A stretch of DNA of 64,000 nt from Pseudomonadota bacterium (lineage in GTDB: Bacteria > Desulfobacterota > Desulfobacteria > Desulfobacterales > JBDRRP01), in assembly GCA_043825735.1 (NCBI GenBank), contig JBDRRP010000107.1, positions 124,001 to 188,000 on the forward strand. The letters are read 5' to 3'. Below are positions 39,148 to 47,905 of the stretch, in pieces. The notes under the pieces were generated by a model, which ran no database searches, was not told the origin of the DNA, and saw only the letters and a list, made by a program, of their open reading frames with translations. Position 1 is the stretch's first letter. Each line of letters starts with the position of its first letter. The position numbers and the translations under genes were made by a program.

Positions 39148-39972
39148 TCAGTCAAACCGTGAAAGGCTGTCCTGGTAAAATTTCAGCCGGTCCCGGTCAT
39201 GGACAGGGGGCAGGGCTCCGGTGGACATCTTCACCGCCGCTTCGTAGGCCGCATCCGATTGGCCGGTTCCGATGCGCTGTTCCACCATATCGATCAGTTT
39301 TTGAAGCCGGAACCTGGGGTCCCGCGGGTTGCCGCCGGCCTCTGCCGAACCGGCAGGGTTCAAGGTAGGATGAGTCGCATCATCCATCGGGGCCGAGGTC
39401 CCAGGCGATTCATTGCCACCAGTAAGACCGGCAGACCCGGCGCCGCCTGGATACGATTCCGGATATCCGCCGGCAACAGGGATACCGGATCGAGAGGGGA
39501 GCGCGGAAACCATGTTGCGGTTCTGGCCGGCGCGATTATTGCCTGATTTGACGCCGGGGCGTTTTACAACCGATAAATCGGAACTATCGGAATTGTCTTT
39601 TGGTGATTCACCCTGCGAGGGAATGCTGACCATAACATGGAGTCTTCCCCCGCTGCCGCCCGGTTTGAAGACCGCCGCATAGTTCACATCCCTCAAAACG
39701 GAAAGCAGGACTTGATGGATGTCGGCCTGCCGGAAATCGAAGTCCCGGGTAACGGAACCGACGGCATCGTATATATACAGGTCGAGACCTGTGGAACGGG
39801 AAAGGCTTTCAAGGAAAGCGCTCACCGATACGCTCCGGGCGCTGAAGGTGACATGGCCCTTGTTTACCGTCATCGGAATTTCATCCGGAGCCGATGCTCC
39901 GGCTGCTGAAAAATGACAGCAAATATAAAGGATGCATGCTGGGATGGTCACTATGAAAAACCGGGTCCTCAT
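39148..39972 (-). CDS. Exported protein with STN/secretin-N0-like domain and low-complexity linker
   Basis: Signal peptide from MRTRF (39972); VTFSARSVSVSAFLESLSRSTGLDLY. Confidence 0.6.
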   Translation of the reverse strand: MRTRFFIVTIPACILYICCHFSAAGASAPDEIPMTVNKGHVTFSARSVSVSAFLESLSRSTGLDLYIYDAVGSVTRDFDFRQADIHQVLLSVLRDVNYAAVFKPGGSGGRLHVMVSIPSQGESPKDNSDSSDLSVVKRPGVKSGNNRAGQNRNMVSALPSRSGIPVAGGYPESYPGGAGSAGLTGGNESPGTSAPMDDATHPTLNPAGSAEAGGNPRDPRFRLQKLIDMVEQRIGTGQSDAAYEAAVKMSTGALPPVHDRDRLKFYQDSLSRFD

Positions 39973-40694
39973 GAGAAATCTCCCGTTGTTGGAAACGAGG
40001 TTCTGAATCCACATGCCCCAGTCCCTTCCGGGAAGGGCGTGTTTGATATGGCCATACCCACCCGGTAACACCGATTTGTTTGCGCAAGATGAGTGTCTGC
40101 ACCGATCCGAAAAAGCGCCACATGGTTTTGCACAGTGCATCCAGATGCGGTGGGTGCGACCGGTCCGGCGACGGGCGGCCGTGCCATGCCCATAAATAAA
40201 ATACTGACCACTAATATTTAGCAAATACGGCAAGTCTAAAAAGGCCGCATTCGGGGAGGACGGCTTTACATGCCACCTGCGGCAGGCAATCCGGACAGTC
40301 CCGTAAAAAGGCTTAAAAGTAACGCTGTCATACCCGGTAGTTCGTGTACGTCCAGAAATGCCTCTCCCCGGGCGTGAGGGGATAGGGAAGGGGCACTATA
40401 TATGAGCGATAACTGTTTAATTGCGGGTGGTTGACACCATCATCACGCCCCTCTCCAATCGAGAGCTGGAGATGAGCACACCGCCCACGGTTGGAAACGA
40501 TAACCCCCGTAAGAAACGCAGAATGCCGGCTCCGGCCGGCGTGACGGCAAAAAGATCGCTTCGGCTTTTCCGGGAGCATCCATTTTGAAGAATCACCAGA
40601 TGCCGGTGCGATCGATGCTTTCTGAGGAGACCCTTCGTTGAAAAAAAATGCACCCGTCGAGAAAAGCAAAAAGAAAAAATGCAGTGAGTTCGAA

Positions 40695-40871
40695 ATGTTA
40701 AATGATTACGAATCACGGTTTGTCAGGCTGATGGAGTTTCTCAGCGCGCTCAATGGCGGTGGATTCACCGGCTATGTCAAGATCAATTACAGCCAGGGGG
40801 CGATCGCCCGCGTCGAGAAATTTGAAGAAGTCTTAAAGAGCAATAAAAAATCCGTAATTACAAATGATTAG
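40695..40871 (+). CDS. Small DUF2292/YezD-like protein (58 aa)
   Basis: GFTGYVKINYSQGAIARVEKFE resembles the FG-x-V-x-I...G-x-I-xx-IE pattern of DUF2292. Confidence 0.6.
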   Translation: MLNDYESRFVRLMEFLSALNGGGFTGYVKINYSQGAIARVEKFEEVLKSNKKSVITND

Positions 40872-41048
40872 AACCGCGATGGACAATACGATCAGGCTTG
40901 CGAGCCATTCCCGGCAGGGTTTGCCGAAAAACCATCGAAGCCTAATAAAGTGCTAACACGGCCTCGGTAGAAGACAGAAAACTGAATTGAGAGGGGATTG
41001 AAAAACCCCTGATCGGGAACTTGGCCGATTCGCTTTCGCGAACACCGG

Positions 41049-41097
41049 AAAGCCCGAACCCAAAGCGCTCAGCGCGTAGTGGGTTCGGGCTTTTTTT
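41049..41097 (+). terminator. Intrinsic terminator 55 nt upstream of the 41152 gene
   Basis: aaagcccgaaccc / gggttcgggcttt stem, T7 run. Confidence 0.85.
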
Positions 41098-41151
41098 GTT
41101 TTCACACGGGGAGCGCCTCCCAGTCGACTGGATGAAGAATTAAGGAGCGGT

Positions 41152-42021
41152 ATGAGAATCTGGCTGGTCATATTGACACTGTTTTCACTGGTGGCGGCCG
41201 CCGCGCCGTCAGACGCCTATTTCGAGTCTCCGTCATTGAATCTCTTTCAGGTCGTCTACAAGGCCGGCGGCGTTGAAGTGGTTACGGATCTGGGTGCTAT
41301 CAAAAACGCTCAGGGCGATACCGCATTGCAGCCCGGGCAGACGCTGGCGCCTTCGGCGGGGGTATCGCACCTGGCGTTCAGTGCCTTCGGAACGGAAACC
41401 GCCTGGGGTGACCTTCGGGTCGCCTATTTTGGGACCGATGCCGACAACTTCACCTGGTTTGCCACTGCCAGCGCAGACAAGCCCGATTTTAAAGGCAGCA
41501 GCGAAGAGTTCGGATACGCTAATTTCTCCTTTTCAAATTACTATAAAGCCCAATCCGCATCCCAGGGAACCAATCCAGTGACCGGGCAATCCGATTACTT
41601 CCATGACCCGAATCCCGAGTTGGCGATGATCCCGGCGCTCCACCGGTCATTGATGCACACCGCCTATAATATCGGTATGAATCATGCTTACGACAGCGCA
41701 ACCGGAGACTGGTCGGCATTGCCGGACGCAGGCACCTTTGCCGGACTTCTTGCGGGACCGGTCGGAGAAGTCGACCTGTCGGATATGGCCGCCTTCGGGT
41801 ACGTGGACATGTATCTCTGGAGCGCCGAAGATCTTGCCGCGCCCTACGGCGTCCTGCGATTGACAGATAACGGTGAGACGGCGCTGATGACCTATATCGC
41901 GCCGACGACGCCGATACCCATCCCCGCCAGCATCGTTCTTCTCGGCAGCGGCATTGCCGGGGTCGTCGCCGCAAGAAGAAAAAGAAATCGAAATTCTGAC
42001 GAGCGGCTCATTGAGCGATAA
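41152..42021 (+). CDS. Exosortase-target surface protein (IPIPA tail), paralogue of 42438
   Basis: AGGAG RBS, signal peptide, IPIPASIVLLGSGIAGVVAARRKR; shares AYF, DLG, GYVD motifs with next gene. Confidence 0.9.
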   Translation: MRIWLVILTLFSLVAAAAPSDAYFESPSLNLFQVVYKAGGVEVVTDLGAIKNAQGDTALQPGQTLAPSAGVSHLAFSAFGTETAWGDLRVAYFGTDADNFTWFATASADKPDFKGSSEEFGYANFSFSNYYKAQSASQGTNPVTGQSDYFHDPNPELAMIPALHRSLMHTAYNIGMNHAYDSATGDWSALPDAGTFAGLLAGPVGEVDLSDMAAFGYVDMYLWSAEDLAAPYGVLRLTDNGETALMTYIAPTTPIPIPASIVLLGSGIAGVVAARRKRNRNSDERLIER

Positions 42022-42171
42022 CGAAAAGGCGGTAGTATTCAATAAAACAGTTCATCGGCAAGCGCGAACAAGTTTCCTTAAACAAGAGACGGCGGCATCG
42101 AAGGGAGGTGGTAGAAAGCAATCCGGGTTTACGAGGTTAAGCAGCAATCAACCATCAGAATAAATGATTCT

Positions 42172-42396
42172 TCCTCCAGAAAAAGCCAAACCCGCCGTGA
42201 GGCGGGGACGGAAAGCGACGGGTCTTGAACCCACCCACCTTCGCGGCAGCAGACGGTGCAGACTGGCACAGGGTCTCTCGATAGAGATCCACGAAAGTAG
42301 CAGCAAAGAAAAGACAACCAGGGATCGACCATACCAGTACTGCCGGAAGCGACAACGCGAAGCGATGATGGACAAGACAGCCGGGCTGCCTGGGAG
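42172..42396 (+). promoter_or_regulatory. c-di-GMP-I (GEMM-I) riboswitch with large P3 insertion
   Basis: gccAAAcccgcc-GTGA-ggcggg-GACGGAAAG-cgacgggtcttg ... caagacagccgggctgcc; P1 ctccag/ctgggag. Confidence 0.85.
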
Positions 42397-42437
42397 ACTA
42401 CTCGCAACACCACATTAATGAACTGGAGGAGAATTCG

Positions 42438-43196
42438 ATGAAACGCATGATGAGCATATTGTTGGCGGCATTTCTGATTTTCGCCGTCGCAGGGCCGGCA
42501 GCGGCCTACTTCGATGACCTGCACCTGATCCGCAGCATTTACACCAATGCCGGAACAACTGAAATCGGCTCAGACTTGGGTGCGGATGTCTCCACACTCA
42601 CCCTGGCCAACCCGCTCAACGATTTCCGCGGCGACCTGATCGCCCTCAGCGCTTTTGACGGCGGCGATCTGGCTGTTGGCTACTGGGCACACGCGCAAGC
42701 CAATACTGATTTTTATGCCACAGGCCTTGTGGGCGGCACCCTGACAATGTACGGCCGCAAGCAGTCGGCGGCCGACGGTGTCATGAACGCCACGCAGGCG
42801 CTTTATGCAGCTGAAAATGCTACCACAGCAACCATCATCAAACCGGACCTCGGTTCGTACTTCAATAAGTTTGAAGTAAATGGCAATAACCTCGGGTCTA
42901 TGGGTAGCATCCTTAGCACTCCGATCATGACGGCGAGCTTGGCTGATCTGGCGACCGTTGGCTATGTCGATCAGGCGCTGTACTTCTTCGATTACAATGG
43001 CAGCTCAAGCGCCAAAAACGGTATTGAAGTGGCGACTATCCGCACTTTCCTGACCTTCGACGGTACTACCATGGACCTTGCCGGCGACAAGATCGCCACC
43101 GTGATTAATCCTTCGGCCGTTCCGGTTCCTGCCGCGGTGTGGCTGCTGGGCTCCGGTCTTCTGGGCCTCATCGGCATCCGCCGCCGCAACGCCTAA
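42438..43196 (+). CDS. Exosortase-target surface protein (VPVPA tail)
   Basis: GGAGG RBS, signal peptide, VPVPAAVWLLGSGLLGLIGIRRRNA. Confidence 0.93.
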   Translation: MKRMMSILLAAFLIFAVAGPAAAYFDDLHLIRSIYTNAGTTEIGSDLGADVSTLTLANPLNDFRGDLIALSAFDGGDLAVGYWAHAQANTDFYATGLVGGTLTMYGRKQSAADGVMNATQALYAAENATTATIIKPDLGSYFNKFEVNGNNLGSMGSILSTPIMTASLADLATVGYVDQALYFFDYNGSSSAKNGIEVATIRTFLTFDGTTMDLAGDKIATVINPSAVPVPAAVWLLGSGLLGLIGIRRRNA

Positions 43197-43203
43197 CGGT
43201 GTG

Positions 43204-43251
43204 GCGCTCTAAACGCTCTTAACGATCAAAACGCTCTAAACGAACCAAACG
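43204..43251 (+). repeat. 9-bp-unit tandem repeat (AACGCTCTA/AACGAACCA)
   Basis: Related to the array at 62129-62223. Confidence 0.7.
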
Positions 43252-43270
43252 AAAAAAGGGGAGATACATC

Positions 43271-44701
43271 ATGTTGAAGAAAATGTTCAAAGGCATCCTG
43301 ATGGGCGGCGCCCTTCTGGCGCTGACCGTCCCGGCCGCTCAGGCGGCTGATGTCAACATCAACCTCTACGGCGCCTCTGCCCAGCACCTGTTCTGGAACG
43401 ATGCTGCCGACGACTTCCTGGCTTCCCAGTCCTGCACCGGCATTGCCCAAGACGAGTATAACAGCAAACACGGCATCACCCGCGGTACCTGTGGCGCCGA
43501 CAATGTTTACATCCGTTATTCCTCCAAGGCTTCTTTCGACGGCATCTATGCGGTCAAGGGTGCTGTCAACACAGACAGCTGTACGACTGCTTTCCAGCGC
43601 AAAATGGTCGACGAAGCCTCCTGCACGGACTGGGTGCTGGGCGGAACCGCCTGCAGTGCGCTCAAATGCCAGGATGTGACAGTCGGCGCCTCCGACGTAG
43701 CCGGCGACAGTTTCCTGCAGAGCAGTGCGGGACAACTCAAAGGACCCAATGGCGGGGGTTACATCACCCGTTCTTTTCCGGCCACCGGCGTGGATACCTC
43801 CGGCTTAATCGCGAGGCAGCCGGTTGTCGTTCCCTTCGGCTTTTTTGCCAACAACACCGTCAACAAGACCAAGTGCATCGGTCCTGATCCGCTCACCCCG
43901 ACCCCGGCCGCCCACAAGGCCGTTTCCACCTGGGGTTATCAGTGCTACGACCCGGATGAGGACGGCAAGTCCGAAGACTGCATCGGCTTCTACAAGTGTG
44001 TCGGCGGTACCTGCTCCGGCGGTGTGAACTCCGGCAATGCCTGCACCCAGGCCAACCAGTGCCCGGATGTGGCCCTTGAAAACACTAACTGCCAGCGCAT
44101 ACCGTTGGACAACATCAGCCGCATCATGGCAGTCAACATCTTCTCAGGACAGGCTTGGTACTGGACGGACTTCGGCGCCTGGTACAACAGCGACCCCATC
44201 GTTGCCTGCCTTCGCCATGCCGGCTCCGGCACACATTCCACCCTTGACTGGGCAGTCATGAGAAGCGCCGCCGGCGACTGGGGCTGGCCCTTGGTGACAG
44301 AAGAAAGTGCCGCTGACCCGACGGTGTGGTTCAACGACGGTTCCTCCGACGAAATGAAGTGCATCAACACGCTGGCCGGCGCCATCGGTTACGCCGATGC
44401 CGATCAGCTCGAAGGCAAATCCAACTACGAGAACGTCCACGCCTTGAAGTACAACGGCATCGAGCCCCGCCGGACCAAGGTCCGCAACGGCGAGTACGAC
44501 TTCTACTCCAATCAGTGGCTCTACTTCAACCACACTCCGACGGTTTTTGAAGAAGCACTGGTCTCGTTCGCTTCCGATCCGGCAAAAATTCCCGCGTCCA
44601 AGGCCAAGTTCTGGGCGGCCAGCGGCGAAATGGTGTACAACAAAAGCAACGACCGCGTTTATCCGGGGTATATCGGCGCTGGCCTTCCGCAGCTGCCGTA
44701 A
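43271..44701 (+). CDS. Secreted Cys-rich PstS/DING-like periplasmic-binding-fold protein
   Basis: Signal peptide; YGASA, GASDV, RHAGSGT, AIGYAD, NGEYDF in PstS order; 16 Cys. Confidence 0.8.
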   Translation: MLKKMFKGILMGGALLALTVPAAQAADVNINLYGASAQHLFWNDAADDFLASQSCTGIAQDEYNSKHGITRGTCGADNVYIRYSSKASFDGIYAVKGAVNTDSCTTAFQRKMVDEASCTDWVLGGTACSALKCQDVTVGASDVAGDSFLQSSAGQLKGPNGGGYITRSFPATGVDTSGLIARQPVVVPFGFFANNTVNKTKCIGPDPLTPTPAAHKAVSTWGYQCYDPDEDGKSEDCIGFYKCVGGTCSGGVNSGNACTQANQCPDVALENTNCQRIPLDNISRIMAVNIFSGQAWYWTDFGAWYNSDPIVACLRHAGSGTHSTLDWAVMRSAAGDWGWPLVTEESAADPTVWFNDGSSDEMKCINTLAGAIGYADADQLEGKSNYENVHALKYNGIEPRRTKVRNGEYDFYSNQWLYFNHTPTVFEEALVSFASDPAKIPASKAKFWAASGEMVYNKSNDRVYPGYIGAGLPQLP

Positions 44702-44753
44702 CCCTAAAAAATTACACCGAAGGGCACCCTTCGGCAAGTGGCTTAATACGAAG

Positions 44754-44786
44754 AAAGGGCCTTCCTCGGAAGGCCCTTTCCCTTTT
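44754..44786 (+). terminator. Intrinsic terminator after the PstS-like gene
   Basis: aaagggccttcc-tc-ggaaggcccttt followed by cccttt. Confidence 0.75.
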
Positions 44787-44882
44787 GAGTGATCGACGCC
44801 TGGGGGGATGTTTCACAGAAATCAAATAATATGACAAACTGCAATGAACCCGGATACCCGAAAAGACGGTAAAGCCAAAGCA

Positions 44883-45070
44883 TGATGAGGCCGTAAAAAT
44901 ACCGAAAAATGTCATCCTTAGCGAAGCGAGGGATCTCATCAAAAAGAAATACAATGATATTACAGAAGGTCGAGATTCCTCGTCGCAAGCCTTTGGGGGC
45001 GTAGCGCGCAGAGCGAAGACCGCTCTTCGCAATGACAGGGTTACTTTTCGGACTTTTTACCTGTTTATCA
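44883..45070. repeat. Composite palindromic intergenic element
   Basis: Outer gtaaaaa/tttttac; inner tgtcat...atgaca and gatctc...gagatt pairs. Confidence 0.55.
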
Positions 45071-45135
45071 AAGCATGGCAGGATCGACTCCGCCTGCAGT
45101 TTTCACTTACAAGTTGATTGAAAGGACTTTCCACG

Positions 45136-45969
45136 ATGCACATGAGTAAAATTGTCGGATGGGTGACGCTGTTTTCACTGATCATGGCAGGTATGGTCGC
45201 GTGTGCCGGAATCGGCGTTCGCCGGCCGATCGAATCCGGGGAACGGTTGTCTCTCGATTTCACCTGCCGTTTGGCGGACGGCAGGCTTGCCGCCAGCACG
45301 GATCCCACTGCCGAAAATCTTCCGAAATCTGATATTGCCGCAGTTTTCAGAACGCGGAAGGCGAAAGAGCCCCTGATCGTGACCGCCGGAAGTGACGAAA
45401 AACTGTACCGCAAACCCGGTGAGCGCGGATTCGAGGGGGAGATCGTCGCCCAGCTTGCGGCCGCAGCGGTCGGCGGAAAACCCGGAGAGGCCCGGAAAAC
45501 CATTCTCGAAGCGCCGGTAGGGCAGATGAAACCCAATGAGCGGTTGCTCGAGATGGCGAAGGTGCGCATCCGGCCGAAACAATTCCGCATGAACCGGGAG
45601 GAGTACCGCATGCGTACCGGCGGAAAGGAAAATCCGGTTGTCGGAGATGAGTTTACCATCGATCCCAGTTTTCCCGGAAAGGTGACCGGCGTTACCGATA
45701 CGGAAGTCATCGTGGTGTTCGATGCCGAAATCGGCAAAACGGTCGAAACACCGCTGGGCCAGGGAATCATCCGCGACGGCGGAATACACTATGAAATCGT
45801 CATCGACGCCAAGGCCGGCGATCTCGTGAGATCCGGGGCCATGGTGGGGCGAATCATCGCCGTGGAAGAACGAAGCGTCACCATCGATTATGGGAGTGCT
45901 TTCGGCGGTGAAAAGCTGTTTTGCGATTATCGGGTTGAAAGGGCTGAAAAAGAAGAAAAAAAGGAGTAG
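45136..45969 (+). CDS. Degenerate FKBP/SlyD-like probable lipoprotein
   Basis: MVAC lipobox-like; IESGERLSLDFT, DYGSAFGGEKL (degenerate DFNHPLAGK); paralogous to 46282. Confidence 0.7.
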   Translation: MHMSKIVGWVTLFSLIMAGMVACAGIGVRRPIESGERLSLDFTCRLADGRLAASTDPTAENLPKSDIAAVFRTRKAKEPLIVTAGSDEKLYRKPGERGFEGEIVAQLAAAAVGGKPGEARKTILEAPVGQMKPNERLLEMAKVRIRPKQFRMNREEYRMRTGGKENPVVGDEFTIDPSFPGKVTGVTDTEVIVVFDAEIGKTVETPLGQGIIRDGGIHYEIVIDAKAGDLVRSGAMVGRIIAVEERSVTIDYGSAFGGEKLFCDYRVERAEKEEKKE

Positions 45970-46077
45970 AAAATTACCCTTTAAAGATATTTGGCTCATT
46001 CTTTTCTAACTTTACTTCCATATACATAGACTTTGATGATTGGGCACTGGTTGCCGGAGTGGGATAGGGCAGAGCGG

Positions 46078-46150
46078 GAATCCCCCCCGGCCCCCCTTTT
46101 TCAAAGGGGGGAGTGAGGAAAACCTCCCCGGCCCCACCTTTCTTACAGGG
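46078..46150. repeat. CCCCCTTT-AAAGGGGG palindrome copies
   Basis: aatcccccccggccccccttttt caaagggggg. Confidence 0.8.
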
Positions 46151-46281
46151 GGAAGAGAAAAACTTCCTTTGAAAAACGGGGGGAAGGGGGCAGGTCCGGG
46201 AGCTTTATTCAGAACCGGAAAATGAAGTGAGCCGCGTACGAGAAATCTGGACGGAATTCAAAGCTGCCATAAAGGAAATAG

Positions 46282-47577
46282 ATGATGAATACAGTTGCGA
46301 AACACCGGCTGAAATGTGTGTCGATATTTCTTGTCATCCTTTCCCTGGCGATGCCGGTTTGCTGGGCCGGGACATCAGCGGATGGAAAAACAGCGCCCGG
46401 CAAAAAAGCCGGCCAAGACATTAGCAAGGCGGAAGCGGTCGAGATGCTCAACAAGGCGGTCGAACGGGCAAAGGCGACCGGGAGCACCGTTCACATCGAT
46501 CTGCCCACGGACCCCAGTCGCGTCGAAGCCGGGGATCTGATCACGGTCGAGTATACGGTTCGATTGTCCGATGGGGCTCTCGTCAGAACGACGCAGCCGG
46601 CAAAAACGCCAAAAAAGACGGATACCGCAGCGGCCATGGAAAACAGATACCTTAGTGGCCCGGAGGAGATTCTGGCCGGAGACAAAGGCGTTTTCCCGGG
46701 AATCGGCTTGTCCTCGGTCGGCCTTAAAATCGGCGAAAAAAAGACCGTTGTCGTCAAGCCCGAGGACGCTTTTGGAGCGACCGATCCGGGAAAGCGGATT
46801 AACCTGCCCTGCATCAAGATGGTGCCGGTGCGGGTGAATCTGCCGCCGGCGGCCTGGATGGAGCGGTTCAACGCCTTTCCGGTGGTCGGCAGGGAGGTCA
46901 ATCTGATCCCATATTTCAAGGCGCGTGTCCTCGATGTGGCCGAGAATTTCGTGACCTTGGAATTCCAGGTCAAGGATGGCCTGCGGATCGATGAAGACTT
47001 CGGCTCCTTCGATGTCTCCATCGTCAATGACCAGATTCGGATGCAGCTCACCCCCACCATCGGAGCACCGTTTCAGATGGACCCGAACCAGAAAGGGCAG
47101 GGCTCACCGCAAAATGGGCGGATCGTTTCCACTGACGGCGAAACCTTCACCGTCGATTTCAACCATCCACTGGCAGGAAAAGACCTGCATATCGATCTGG
47201 AAGTCGTCAGTCTCATTAAGTCCACCGAATTAGCCAACACGACCTTGCCCTGGATGGAATCCCTCGATGGCGCCGATACCGCAGCACGGAAGGCTCACAA
47301 GCCGTCGGTGCTGGTCCTTTACGCATCGTGGTGCAGTTGGAGCAAGAAACTGCTTAGCGAGTCGCTTGAGGATCCGCGGATCAAACGGATGAAAGATGAT
47401 TTCGTCTGGGCAAAGGTAGACTCCGATCAGGACCAGGAGATCAAAAAGCAGTTCAATCAGAACGGCTTTCCGCTGGTGGTGATCAAGGACGCCGAAGGAA
47501 AGGAAGTGAAACGGTTCGACGGGTACACGGATGCAGCCACGCTGGCCGCGGCGCTGAAAAAGCTGCAGAAGAGCTGA
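46282..47577 (+). CDS. Exported FKBP/SlyD-type PPIase fused to a thioredoxin-like domain
   Basis: GDLITVEY, PEDAFG, DFNHPLAGKDL; C-terminal ASWCSWSK (CxxS) and GFP cis-Pro loop. Confidence 0.87.
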   Translation: MMNTVAKHRLKCVSIFLVILSLAMPVCWAGTSADGKTAPGKKAGQDISKAEAVEMLNKAVERAKATGSTVHIDLPTDPSRVEAGDLITVEYTVRLSDGALVRTTQPAKTPKKTDTAAAMENRYLSGPEEILAGDKGVFPGIGLSSVGLKIGEKKTVVVKPEDAFGATDPGKRINLPCIKMVPVRVNLPPAAWMERFNAFPVVGREVNLIPYFKARVLDVAENFVTLEFQVKDGLRIDEDFGSFDVSIVNDQIRMQLTPTIGAPFQMDPNQKGQGSPQNGRIVSTDGETFTVDFNHPLAGKDLHIDLEVVSLIKSTELANTTLPWMESLDGADTAARKAHKPSVLVLYASWCSWSKKLLSESLEDPRIKRMKDDFVWAKVDSDQDQEIKKQFNQNGFPLVVIKDAEGKEVKRFDGYTDAATLAAALKKLQKS

Positions 47578-47609
47578 AGCTGCGGAACCGGTGGCGCTTA
47601 AAGGGGTTG

Positions 47610-47790
47610 TGGTATTTGGATTTCCTTCGGCCCTCCGGGAAATCCCCCCCCGGCCCCCCTTTTTCAAAGGGGGGAGAAAGAGGAAGAGCCTTATTTCAAA
47701 GGGGAGAGAGAGGCGGGGTGTCCCGGTTCATCGATAGGAAAAGTCCCCCTTTGGAAAAGGGGGATTTAGGGGGTTTTGGTATTTGGCCCC
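47610..47790. repeat. Composite CCCCCTTT-AAAGGGGG repeat unit
   Basis: Palindromes with ggtatttgg flanks. Confidence 0.85.
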
Positions 47791-47905
47791 CAATCGGCCT
47801 GGCAAGGCTGTCGGTTTGTAAATGTGCGATAATTCAGGTCCAACAGACGGGGCGAAGGGGGAACGCTTGCCGAACTCCCTCGGTCTTTCTTGATATCGGA
47901 GGGAT

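Noticed and set aside
36070..42440. Sigma-54 promoters expected for PEP-CTERM genes
   Set aside because: No convincing TGGCAC-N5-TTGC with correct spacing was found by eye.
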